Position numbers and translations under genes: made by a program. The notes under the pieces were generated by a model. It was not told where the DNA came from. It searched no databases and saw only the letters and a list, made by a program, of their open reading frames with translations. 64,000 nucleotides of DNA. Source: Candidatus Latescibacterota bacterium. Lineage in GTDB: Bacteria > Latescibacterota > UBA2968. How positions within the stretch are numbered: the first letter of the stretch is position 1; each line of letters begins with the position of its first letter. Location: the NCBI GenBank assembly GCA_965198115.1, contig OZ240241.1, forward strand, positions 2,976,001-3,040,000. The letters run 5' to 3'. Of this stretch, positions 9,427 to 18,953 are shown piece by piece.

Positions 9427-9972
9427 TAGGGCCACGTTCAGTAGGGGACCCACGGTTGGCGGGTCTACGCAATAGGAAACCACCACGGCTCCAGCGTCGA
9501 CGCGGGCATCCACGTCGACCGCGATCTCATCTCTGCTGGCGAGCTGATCGGCGATCGCCGCTACGGCCATCCTTCGCCGGCTCCCTACGAATGCGATGCG
9601 TCCATCCACGATCATCTGTGGCGTGTAAAAACGGCTGCGCAGGGCCCGGGCGTAGGATCTCTGTCGGTCCGAGAAGGCGGCATCGCTGAGGCGATCGATC
9701 CAGCCAAGATAATTCCAGTAGTCCACGTGAAACGCCAGCAGATAGACCGAATCTGCTTCGTGTTTCTTCGCCAGCTCACCCACGAGCCGATCGGCCGGTG
9801 GACAGCTGCTGCATCCCTCCGACGTGAAGAGCTCCACGACGACCGTCTGAGGATCTGACGCCCCGACAGGCGTCGTCAGGCAGCACATCAGAAAACCCGG
9901 CGCAGCCATTCCCCATAGGAGCATGTACTTCAGCGTCGTCCTACCCCGTTCGCTCATCCGTTCTGTCATCAC
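9427..9972 (-). pseudogene. DUF1223 thioredoxin-like protein truncated by IS630
   Basis: VVVELFTSEGCSSCPPAD, FHVDYWNYLGW and YTPQMIVDG motifs; last residues of the ORF (SRLRNN) are read from the IS630 end. Confidence 0.85.
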
Positions 9973-10054
9973 TGAGTCACTCGATGGCTCGCTGGACCCT
10001 TCGACTTCTTAGGAGCGGACTCCCGCTGCTCACACAGAATGCGGGAGGCGATGT

Positions 10055-11038
10055 CTACAGTTCTTCGACGGCCTGTAGGGCGGCGTGGATGTATCCGTAA
10101 GAATAGGCAAACCCGACCTTCGAGGCTTCGAGGCCACTGATACCGGGCACGTGGTCAGGCATGATCATGTAAGGATAGCCGACATCCTTGTAGACTTTCA
10201 GTGCCCGAACCATGTTCACGTCACCCTCGTCCGGGAACACCTCGACGAAGTTGCCCAGACCGCCCTTAATGTTTCGGAAATGTACGTTGAAGATTCTCTT
10301 CCGTTCGCCAAAGTAACGGATCACATCGAAAATCTCCTCCGCCGGATTCTCGAGGGCCTCGGACATGCAGCCCTGGCAGAAGTTGATACCGTTGTAGGGG
10401 CTGTCGTAGAGATCGATCAGTTTCTTGAATCCTTCGACCATACCCATAGGCCGCGCGACTCCCCGATAGGTATTCCCCACACCGATGCCTGGGTCGGAAG
10501 GATGGCAGGCCAGCTGGACTTTGTACTCTTCAGCGACGGGCATAATCTCCTTCAACCAGTGGTCGATGCGTTCCCACATCTCGTCTTCATCGGCCGGTCC
10601 CCCCTCGAATTCACCGAGCGACTGATCCAGCTTATCCAGTTGAAAGGTCGATACCGTGGCACCTCCACGACCCGTCGTCGATGGTGTTCGCAGGTGACCC
10701 AGAATCGTGATGTTGTAGTTCATGCCGCGGATGCCCGCCTCACTCGCCATCCGGACGGTCTCCTTCATCCAATCGATCTGTCGATCCCGCTCGTCGCTCG
10801 GCTTCAGGAAGATCGCACCGGCCTCATTCACAAAGGCGCTGCCGGAAGCCAAGGGAACGTGGATCATTTCCATGGTGATGTCGTGTTTCTCCCAGCGATC
10901 CTTTTTCTCCTTCAGCATGTCCGCCGTCCAGTCCTTCCAAGGTTCAGACGGAGTATGATCGATGTTCCTAAGACCCAGCTGACAAAGGACTTGCATTTCT
11001 TCGTTGGTCAGGTCGCTGTACTGCGATCCGATGTACAT
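10055..11038 (-). CDS. Mannonate dehydratase (UxuA)-like protein
   Basis: LACHPSDP, NGINFCQG, VHFRN, F.E.FPDEGDVNM, IMPDHVP and AYSYGYI motifs; GAGG RBS. Confidence 0.85.
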   Translation of the reverse strand: MYIGSQYSDLTNEEMQVLCQLGLRNIDHTPSEPWKDWTADMLKEKKDRWEKHDITMEMIHVPLASGSAFVNEAGAIFLKPSDERDRQIDWMKETVRMASEAGIRGMNYNITILGHLRTPSTTGRGGATVSTFQLDKLDQSLGEFEGGPADEDEMWERIDHWLKEIMPVAEEYKVQLACHPSDPGIGVGNTYRGVARPMGMVEGFKKLIDLYDSPYNGINFCQGCMSEALENPAEEIFDVIRYFGERKRIFNVHFRNIKGGLGNFVEVFPDEGDVNMVRALKVYKDVGYPYMIMPDHVPGISGLEASKVGFAYSYGYIHAALQAVEEL

Positions 11039-11197
11039 AATGCCTCCTCAAGGCGTCGATTGGCTGGTGCGATGACGTTGAATGATAATCGATTCTGTTC
11101 AGTGGCCAACAGAAGCCTGCAGCCAGTCGTTCCCGTACACGAAGAGTGCCGCGAGCGATTTGCCCGCGGCAGGATTATCATCGCAGAACACCGTCAG

Positions 11198-12460
11198 TCA
11201 GGGTAGATACGGAATCGTCAGCGGGCCGTCCGGCAGGACGGCCACTCGGCGCTCGGCGCAATCCTCGAGTGCCTCTGCAACCGCGGCATCCACATCTTCG
11301 ACTACATTCATCTTGCAGGCCTCGATGTCTTCTCGGGGCACGTCCGATCGCACGCGGATGTCCGAACGCTCCAGGATGCCGGCCAGGATCTGCGCCTGCC
11401 ATTGGTCGAGGATTGGCCGTTCGAGCGCGTGAATCGCGGCCAGGACATCCGCCGGCGTCTCTCCCTCCCGCATGATCTCCGCGAAGTTCCCGTGATCGGG
11501 CACGCCATCGCTGCATTCGCTCGCAACGAGGATGGTCCCGCCATCGGAAACGATCCGGGAGGCCGCCGAGATCCCTTTCACCGTCTGATACAGGTTCTGG
11601 TCGAGCGGGAAACCACTGTTCGACGTCACCACCACCGGAAAAGCCCGCGGAACGGCCTGCATCGATGCCGTCTTGACCGCCTCGCACCCCTTACGATGCG
11701 CCTCGACATAGTGGCCGAGATAAAAGCCCGAGATCGTCTTCTCCGCGTTCAAGGTCACGTTCACCGTGAAATCGGGCGGGATCATCTCCACCGCCTCGGC
11801 GATTTCGTCCTGAATCGGATTCCCTTCGATCACACCCCACGTGCTGTTCGGGTGGCCGATCAGGTCGGCCCGGTGCAACTTCAGGATCGTATCGATCCCA
11901 GCCACGCCCGGCGCGATCCCCTTCGCCCCGCCCGAGAATCCGACGAAGAAGTGAGGCTCGATGAACCCGACCACGATCCGTCGATCGGCTTCGACATACG
12001 CCGTGTCCAGGTAGACGTCCGTCCCGAACGAGGTGACCCCCGTTTTGACGTTACGGCATTCGTCGAAGGCGTCGTGGTTCACGATCTTCACACGCTCTGC
12101 CACATCCCCGAACATGGAATGGATCTCTGCTTCTGTGTTCGGCCGATGCGTGCCCGTCCCGATCAGAACCGTCACTTGTTCATCTGCCACACCAAGAGAC
12201 TCGATGATCCACGGAATGAGCTGTCTATTGGGCACGGGTCGTGTGCCATCGGATGTGACGATGACGACGCGGTCGCCTGATTCTGCGACGGTGTGGAGCG
12301 GGTCTGCTCCTGTCGGATCGTTCGCCGCCTGGCGGAATCCGCCGACAGGGTCAGGATGCGCGGCCTCAAAAGTGGGACGGAAGACCTCCCAATCCGCCAG
12401 AGCCGGATCCGCGCGCAGCGGGAGCGTGCCCTTTCCGTATGCAATGTCAATGGACTTCAT
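11198..12460 (-). CDS. Nickel-pincer-dependent lactate racemase (LarA) family 2-hydroxy acid racemase/epimerase
   Basis: SDGTRPVP, GTGTHR, EPHFFVGFSGGAK and DQNLYQTVKG motifs. Confidence 0.9.
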   Translation of the reverse strand: MKSIDIAYGKGTLPLRADPALADWEVFRPTFEAAHPDPVGGFRQAANDPTGADPLHTVAESGDRVVIVTSDGTRPVPNRQLIPWIIESLGVADEQVTVLIGTGTHRPNTEAEIHSMFGDVAERVKIVNHDAFDECRNVKTGVTSFGTDVYLDTAYVEADRRIVVGFIEPHFFVGFSGGAKGIAPGVAGIDTILKLHRADLIGHPNSTWGVIEGNPIQDEIAEAVEMIPPDFTVNVTLNAEKTISGFYLGHYVEAHRKGCEAVKTASMQAVPRAFPVVVTSNSGFPLDQNLYQTVKGISAASRIVSDGGTILVASECSDGVPDHGNFAEIMREGETPADVLAAIHALERPILDQWQAQILAGILERSDIRVRSDVPREDIEACKMNVVEDVDAAVAEALEDCAERRVAVLPDGPLTIPYLP

Positions 12461-12493
12461 GTCGTCGTTTTGAATTGTTACTTGCAGTTTGCG

Positions 12494-13210
12494 TCAACAC
12501 CCTAGTTTGTCCGCCAAATCGTGGAAGTCCCTGCCCCACACGTCTATCCAGTCCTCCGGATCGATGTCGCGAGGTGCGTTCGGATTCCGCTCGGACGGTC
12601 GTTGGACGAAACCCGTTCTGAATCCTACGCTCGCCGCGGCTCTGAGATCTCCCTTGTGCGCAGCCATCATCATCACCCGTTCCGGGGGCTCGGACAGGAA
12701 CTCGGCAGCCGCGAGGTAGGTCTCCGGATCGGGCTTGTAGTGGCGCGTAAGTTCCGCCGAAAGGATGCAATCCCAGGGCAACCCACCGTGCTTGGCCATG
12801 TGTGTCAGGAGTGAGACATTGCCGTTCGACAGGGTCGCGATCACATATCGAGACTTGAGCCGCTGCAGGGCACCGACCGCATCCGGCCACGGGTCAAGTC
12901 GGTGCCACACGCGGTTCAGATGGTCGAGTGTGGCCTCATCCAACCCCGCCAGCCCGAACTCGTCCAGCAGACCGTCGAGGATCATTCGATGCAGGTCGTC
13001 GATCTTGGTCCAGGGCAGCTCACCCTTCCGCACGCGATCCATCGACGGCCCATACCCTCCACGCCACGCGTCGGCGAACGCCTCCCAATCGGCGTCGATC
13101 CCGTGCGTTTCCCCGAGCAGCCGGCCTTCGCGAATGATCGTCCCACGCCAGTCCACGACCGTCCCGAAGACGTCGAATGTCATCGCTCGTACTTGAGTCA
13201 TGTCGTTCAC
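12494..13210 (-). CDS. Haloacid dehalogenase type II (HAD superfamily)
   Basis: FDVFGTVVDW, LDPWPD, TLSNGN, YKPDPETY and AAH..DL motifs. Confidence 0.9.
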   Translation of the reverse strand: MNDMTQVRAMTFDVFGTVVDWRGTIIREGRLLGETHGIDADWEAFADAWRGGYGPSMDRVRKGELPWTKIDDLHRMILDGLLDEFGLAGLDEATLDHLNRVWHRLDPWPDAVGALQRLKSRYVIATLSNGNVSLLTHMAKHGGLPWDCILSAELTRHYKPDPETYLAAAEFLSEPPERVMMMAAHKGDLRAAASVGFRTGFVQRPSERNPNAPRDIDPEDWIDVWGRDFHDLADKLGC

Positions 13211-13232
13211 GTCTCAAACTAAAAACAAGGCA

Positions 13233-13364
13233 GCCACTGAGCACACTGAGAACACAGAGAGATCTGAGGTCCGAGACGCCCAGCACCGCGGCGATCTCAC
13301 AGCTCAGACATCTTCTCCGTGTTCGGTGGTTCATCCCTCACTCATCCTCAGTGATCTCAGTGGC
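13233..13364. repeat. Inverted pair of short CCACTGAG-type intergenic repeats
   Basis: GCCACTGAGCACACTGAGAACACAGAG (13233-13259) and CTCAGTGATCTCAGTGGC (ends 13364); relatives at 17560-17582 and 25409-25437. Confidence 0.65.
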
Positions 13365-14110
13365 CTGGTTTTTGGGCGACCGCGACCAGTCTTCGGGCTT
13401 TCTCGTCGTACGGGATCCCATCCAGGCCTCCGTAGAGCTTTACGTCTTCGAACCCCACTGAAATCAGGACGGCCTTCAGTTCGACGCCCGAATAGGCTCT
13501 GTGTCGGAATGTCATCTCGTGTCGATCGCCGTCCTTTTCAATCGCCCATGTACTCCGTATCCATTCCCAATCCGGTTCGACGGCTCGACTCTCTTCGATC
13601 TTGGACCCGTCAGGCAAGGTCTCCGAAGACTCAGGTGTGAAGGCACGTGCAACGACCTCCTTGCCCGACATGTCGAGCAGGACGCACCCGCCGGGCTTCA
13701 AGGAAGCGAACGTGTTGGCGAGCAGCCGTCGGTCCTCTCGGGGGTCCTCGAAGTAACCGAACGAGGTGTAGAGGTTCACCGCAGCATCGAACGCCTCCGG
13801 ACGCGAGAAGGTTCGTGCGTCTGCGACGAGCAGCTCCGGCGCGACGTTCGCCTCTCTCGCTTTCTGACTGGCGATCTCGATGAGCGCGAGGTTCGATCGA
13901 CTCCGGTAACTCCATAGCCCCGTTTGGCGAACTCGATGACGTGCCGTCCGGTCCACAGCAGAGGTCCAGAATGTGCATCCCATCCGTGAGCCCCAGCAAG
14001 GATACCACTTGCTCTACTTCCGATCCGGCCGCCTCCCATCGACCCGAGTGAAACATGACCGGGTAGAAGGTTTCCCAGAACCCGTCGTCTTCGTGCCAGA
14101 CGGCGCCCAC
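13357..14110 (-). pseudogene. Class I SAM-dependent methyltransferase with two -1 frameshifts
   Basis: Three frames join: ILDLCCGP / GRHVIEFAKRGYGVTGVDRT / ALIEIA...FDAAVNLYTSFGYF...LKPGG. Confidence 0.85.
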
Positions 14111-14113
14111 GGG

Positions 14114-14557
14114 TCACGAGAGCCTTTCGCCCTTAAAGCACCGCTCGAGCGTGTCGTTTGGCAAACCGCCCAACTCGATGCAGGTCGCCAGGAAATCCCA
14201 GGCATTCCATCCTTCCTGTAGCTTACCTTCCGCCATCCTGATGACGCCACCGCCGTGAATGTGGGCAACGGCGCCTGTGCCGGCTGACACGACGCGGAAG
14301 GTACCATAGAGGGCGACCCGGTCCCCGACGCCGAAACAATGGGTTTCTTCGAACGACATCTCACAAAACGTCTCGTGGAAGAGGTGAAAGAGCGGCTTGA
14401 AGCCCGCCGGCCCCTTGATGGGTTCCGGCCCCAGCCCGTGCGCCAAACCGTCTTCCGCGAACAATTCGTCGATCGTGGCCTCTCGCTTCTCACCCCACAC
14501 CTCGCGAAACCATCGCCGCACGGCCTCGACATTGGCCTTTTCCAGTCTCTCACTCAC
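14114..14557 (-). CDS. SnoaL-like ester cyclase family protein
   Basis: AAGGAG RBS and GTG start; N...VRRWFREVW, IDELFA, GPAGFK, GDRVA and GKLQEGW motifs. Confidence 0.85.
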   Translation of the reverse strand: MSERLEKANVEAVRRWFREVWGEKREATIDELFAEDGLAHGLGPEPIKGPAGFKPLFHLFHETFCEMSFEETHCFGVGDRVALYGTFRVVSAGTGAVAHIHGGGVIRMAEGKLQEGWNAWDFLATCIELGGLPNDTLERCFKGERLS

Positions 14558-14635
14558 TGCATCAGCACTCCTTGCCCCCGGAAGTGACACCAGCCCACAA
14601 AGCCTGGAATCCAAGTGCCCGCCTCGTCAGCTTGC

Positions 14636-17461
14636 CTAGTTCTGTAATGAGCTCTCCGGCATCAACACGAACTGTGCGTAGTTCGTCGTGTCGAAGTACT
14701 GATTCGCTGCCGCCTTCACCGCCTCCATCGTCAACCCGTCGATTTTCTCTTCTGCTCTCAGAATGTTGGTCGGGTCTTCGTCATTGCTGTAGTAGAACCG
14801 GAGCGTGTTCAACCAGTAGCTGTTCTCCTTCAGGTCGGTTTCGCGAGACCGTCGCTGGATCTCCTTGACTTTGTCGATGTAGGTCTGATCCAGACCGACC
14901 TGTTTGAGGCTGTCGATTTGCGTGAACAGGACTTCGCGTAGTTCTTCAGCCCGCTCGGGATCACAACCGAAACCGATCGACAGGGCATAGCCGCCCACTG
15001 GCTCCCGAGTCCGCGAAGCGCCTACGCGAACACCGTATGTCCCGCTCAGATCTTCCCGCAGAACCTCCCTGAGCTTGATGCGAAAGGCACTCGCGACAGC
15101 ATTGAGATCGTATCGGTTCTGCCAGTTCCACTCGAACGGCCCAGTGAAGACCACTCTCGTCGTGCTCTTTGGCTCTATTCCGCGATGAACGGTCTTCTGG
15201 ATCACGCCTTTCGGCGGTCTGACTTTTCGATCGACCCAGATCTCGTCCCGATTCAGCGCCGGAAGTCCTCCCAGGTAGGTTTCGACCAGAGGCCTGATGG
15301 TTTCCGGCTCGAAATTGCCGACGAACAGGAACGTGAAATCGCTCGCATCTGCGAATCGGTCACGGTAGATCTCGAGCGACTTCTGGAGATCGGCCTCGTC
15401 CAGTAGCTCGAGGGTCCAGGGCCTGCTCCGCGGGTGATACTGGGACATCGTTACGCGAATCGTGTCGTTGTAAGCTGTCCGCGGACTCGCGTCCCGATTC
15501 TCGAGCCGACCGCGTGTTCGGGCGACCCACGCGTTGAAAGCCGTGCTGTCCGCTCGGGGTGCCGTAAAACTCAGATAGATCAACTGGAACAACGTCTCCA
15601 GATCTTCCGGTGATGCGCTACCCCGCAATCCCTCCCCCAACGCAGACAGCTGGGGAGACAGCCGGACGACCTTGCCAGCCAGCTTCTTCTGAAGCTGGAC
15701 GAGCGAAAAGGGTCCAATCCCACCCTCACGCAAGACTGTCACAGCCGACGTTGCAGCCACGTGGTCCTCGTCTTCCACGAGAGAAATCCCGCCCGGACTC
15801 CAACCCGTGAACAGGATCTCGTCGTTCTTGAAATCGGTCGGGCGCATCAGGACACGAACACCGTTCGACAGTGTCCACTCTGTGACTTCGATTTGGGGGA
15901 CGGCCGAGGCCGTGACCACGGACCCCGGCGAGGGGGGTGTCTCGACCAGAGGAAGGTCTGTCACGTCGTCCACGTAAGGCTCGACGACACCGGCTTCGAC
16001 CTTCGCGAGAACGGCAAGGAGCTCCGCTTCGCTCGGTACCTTCAGCCCTTCCTTCTCGGGCATCTGAATCGACAGTACGCGGCTGTGATCTTTGATCCAG
16101 GTAGTTGCGATTCCGTTGACCTCCGCGAGCGTGATCGTCGGAATCAGCGTCTGGTAGAGCTCGTATTCCCGCTCGATCCCCGGAATCGGTTCATCCGTCA
16201 GGAAGTTGCGGATGTACTCACTGGCGAACCCGCGGGAACGGCTCTTGTCCCGTTCCCGATAGATCTGCTCGATGCTTCGCAGACTCCGCGCTTTCTGCCG
16301 TATCAGTTCCGACGTGGTGAATCCGTGTTGACTGACACGAGCGGCTTCGGTCAGCAAAGCGTCAAGACCGCGCTCGATGCCGCCTTCACGCACGCCCGCG
16401 CCCAGAAAGTAGACCTCCTTGGATCGGACCCAACGTCCCTGTCCGGAACTGGCGCCCAAAAACGGTGGGTCCTCCTGTCTGGCCAGCTCCTGCAGCCGCT
16501 GGTTCAACATGCCATTGTAGAGCCCCCCCACGAGCGAGCGTCGGTAATCTTCCACCGATTCCTGGGGCTGCAATGGCTGTTTGTAGATGACGGAAACACT
16601 CAACCGGGAAGCTTCGGGATCGGTCACGATGTTGACAATGGTCTCGTCGTGATCGGGAACCGGCCACACCACCCGATCGACGTCGATCTCAGGCCGCTGG
16701 ATAGGTCCGAAATGCCGCTTTATGAGGACCTGAACGCTGTCCACGTCGAAGTCACCGACCGCGACGACCGCCATTAGGTCCGGCCGATACCATTCTGCGT
16801 AGAACTGACGCAAGGTAGCGTGATCGAAGGTTTCGAGTAGTTCCTTCTTGCCGATCGGAAGACGGTCGGCGTATCGGGATCCTCTAAACAGGTCCGGATA
16901 CAGCTTATCGCGCATGCGCTGCCCCGCCCCACGCCTGAGCCGCCATTCTTCGATCACCACACCGCGTTCTTTGTCGACCTCGTCGGTATCGAACGTCAGA
17001 TGCTGCGACCACTCGGATAGAATTTCGAACCCCTTTTCGAACACGGCTGTACTGTCCGTCGGAACCTGCAGCATGTAGACCGTTTCGTCGAAGCTCGTGT
17101 AGGCGTTCACATCCGGCCCGAACCGCATGCCGATCGACTCGAGATAGTCAACGAGCGCCTGTTTCGGGAACCGCCTCGTCCCGTTGAAGGCCATGTGCTC
17201 GGCAAAATGCGCCAGCCCCTGCTGGTCTTCATCCTCCAGGATCGAGCCCGCATTCACGACGAGTCGCAACTCCGCCCGCTGCTCGGGCTTTCCGTTCTCG
17301 CGTATGTAGTAGCGCAGACCGTTGGCCAGCGTGCCGGTATGAATCTTCGGATCGACCGTCAGCGCTACGGGCCCCCCATCGCTCGGCGGCGCTGTCACAG
17401 GTGGTGGCGCCACGGCACACCCGGCGAGGGCTAAAAGCAACAGATGTTTCAGAATACGCAT
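14636..17461 (-). CDS. M16-family zinc metallopeptidase (PqqL/pitrilysin-like), lipoprotein
   Basis: HXXEH motif (GLAHFAEHMAFNG), NAYTSFDETVY, ERGVVIEE and LRE..SGTYG; lipobox LALAGC. Confidence 0.92.
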   Translation of the reverse strand: MRILKHLLLLALAGCAVAPPPVTAPPSDGGPVALTVDPKIHTGTLANGLRYYIRENGKPEQRAELRLVVNAGSILEDEDQQGLAHFAEHMAFNGTRRFPKQALVDYLESIGMRFGPDVNAYTSFDETVYMLQVPTDSTAVFEKGFEILSEWSQHLTFDTDEVDKERGVVIEEWRLRRGAGQRMRDKLYPDLFRGSRYADRLPIGKKELLETFDHATLRQFYAEWYRPDLMAVVAVGDFDVDSVQVLIKRHFGPIQRPEIDVDRVVWPVPDHDETIVNIVTDPEASRLSVSVIYKQPLQPQESVEDYRRSLVGGLYNGMLNQRLQELARQEDPPFLGASSGQGRWVRSKEVYFLGAGVREGGIERGLDALLTEAARVSQHGFTTSELIRQKARSLRSIEQIYRERDKSRSRGFASEYIRNFLTDEPIPGIEREYELYQTLIPTITLAEVNGIATTWIKDHSRVLSIQMPEKEGLKVPSEAELLAVLAKVEAGVVEPYVDDVTDLPLVETPPSPGSVVTASAVPQIEVTEWTLSNGVRVLMRPTDFKNDEILFTGWSPGGISLVEDEDHVAATSAVTVLREGGIGPFSLVQLQKKLAGKVVRLSPQLSALGEGLRGSASPEDLETLFQLIYLSFTAPRADSTAFNAWVARTRGRLENRDASPRTAYNDTIRVTMSQYHPRSRPWTLELLDEADLQKSLEIYRDRFADASDFTFLFVGNFEPETIRPLVETYLGGLPALNRDEIWVDRKVRPPKGVIQKTVHRGIEPKSTTRVVFTGPFEWNWQNRYDLNAVASAFRIKLREVLREDLSGTYGVRVGASRTREPVGGYALSIGFGCDPERAEELREVLFTQIDSLKQVGLDQTYIDKVKEIQRRSRETDLKENSYWLNTLRFYYSNDEDPTNILRAEEKIDGLTMEAVKAAANQYFDTTNYAQFVLMPESSLQN

Positions 17462-17583
17462 TGACATTCCGTGTTCGTTAATCCTGACGTTGCGTCGGGC
17501 GAATACCGACACTTCCACTCCGCTCAGTGTGACGGTTTGCTTACTAAACTTCTCAAGCGCTCTCTCCGTGTTCTCCGTGGTTC

Positions 17584-18915
17584 TCACGCCTCCGGCTGCC
17601 AGACCTCATCCAACGGGCGGTGGGTGAACGCTTTCGCATCGTCGCCCTGGTAGGTCCCGGCGATGTGGCCGTCTCCTTCGATCACATACTTGTAGATCAT
17701 CAGCCCGTCGAGTCCGACCGGTCCGCGGCTGTGCAGACGATTCGTGCTGATGCCGACCTCGGCGCCGAGTCCATACCGAAACCCGTCGGCGAAACGCGTG
17801 GACGCGTTGTGAAGCACCGAGGCCGCGTCGACAGACTGCAGGAATCGCGCCGCCGTCACCCGGTTCTCGGTCACGATCGCATCCGTGTGATGGCTTCCGT
17901 AGGCGTTGATGTGGTCGACGGCCTGGTCGAAATCATCCACGACCCGGACTGCCACGATCGTATCCAGATACTCCGTCACCCAATCCGCTTCGGTCGCCTC
18001 GATCGCGTCGGGAACGATGCCGCGCGTCCTTGCGTCCCCACGAACCTCCACACCGTTGTCATGCAAAGACTTCACGATCGGGGGCAGTGCCCTGTCCGCG
18101 ATCTCGGTGTGCACGAGCAAGGTCTCGACCGCGTTGCACCCGCTCGGGCAGTCGATCTTCGCGTCGAGCGCGATACGAGCCGCCTTCTCGGTGTCCGCCT
18201 CTCTGTCGATGTAGACGTGGCAGATACCGTCCGCGTGGCCCATCACTGGAATCTTGGTGTGGGCCATGATGTGCTGAACGAGCTCGTTGCCGCCCCGCGG
18301 GATGATCAGATCGATACAGTCGTCCATGTCCAGAATCGACTGCACGTCCTCCCGCGCCTCGAGCTGGTGCATCCATCCGTCGGGAATGCCGTCCATCCCT
18401 CGAGTCGCATCGACCAGAATGCGTGACAGCGCCCGGTTCGAATGAAACGCTTCGCTGCCGCCCTTGAGCAGGACGGCGTTCCCCGATTTCAGACAGAGCG
18501 TCGCGATCTGCACGAGCGCATCGGGTCGTGACTCGAAAATGACGCCCAGCACACCGATCGGGACCGAAACGCGGTAGAGCTTCAATCCCTCATCCAGCTC
18601 TCTCGCCGATTCGGTCCGGCCGATCGGGTCCATCTGAGCTTTCACACTCCGGACCCCCAGGGCGATCGTGCTGAGCACCTTGCTCTCCGACAGACGGAGC
18701 CGGTCGACGAGGGCCGCCGACAGCTTGCCTTCGGCCACGGCGGGCTCGGCCGCTTCCAGGTCCCTGCCGTTTGCCTCGAGAATCGCGTCGACGTTGTTCT
18801 CGATGGCCACCGCAATCGCCTCCAGCGCCGCATTTCGTTGCGCCTCCGTCGCCCTGGCCAGCACACGCGAGGCTTCGCGCGCCGCTCTCGCGAGATTTCT
18901 GATGGAATCAGCCAT
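17584..18915 (-). CDS. proA: Gamma-glutamyl phosphate reductase
   Basis: PIGVLGVIFESRP, GNAVLLKGGSEA, IIPRGG, GICHVY, CNAVETLL, NASTRFADG and GAEVGIST motifs. Confidence 0.96.
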   Translation of the reverse strand: MADSIRNLARAAREASRVLARATEAQRNAALEAIAVAIENNVDAILEANGRDLEAAEPAVAEGKLSAALVDRLRLSESKVLSTIALGVRSVKAQMDPIGRTESARELDEGLKLYRVSVPIGVLGVIFESRPDALVQIATLCLKSGNAVLLKGGSEAFHSNRALSRILVDATRGMDGIPDGWMHQLEAREDVQSILDMDDCIDLIIPRGGNELVQHIMAHTKIPVMGHADGICHVYIDREADTEKAARIALDAKIDCPSGCNAVETLLVHTEIADRALPPIVKSLHDNGVEVRGDARTRGIVPDAIEATEADWVTEYLDTIVAVRVVDDFDQAVDHINAYGSHHTDAIVTENRVTAARFLQSVDAASVLHNASTRFADGFRYGLGAEVGISTNRLHSRGPVGLDGLMIYKYVIEGDGHIAGTYQGDDAKAFTHRPLDEVWQPEA

Positions 18916-18953
18916 GGATAGGTCCCAACTTGTGATGTCCGGTCTTCAACGCT

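Noticed and set aside
11078-11097. Fur-box-like AATGATAATCGATTC upstream of the uxuA-like gene
   Set aside because: Only one half-site matches and there is no iron-uptake context
14636-17461. M16 peptidase as a PqqF-like precursor-processing enzyme for the large operon
   Set aside because: It is a lipoprotein more than 20 kb away, in an operon with proA, across an IS-mediated rearrangement; M16 peptidases are common
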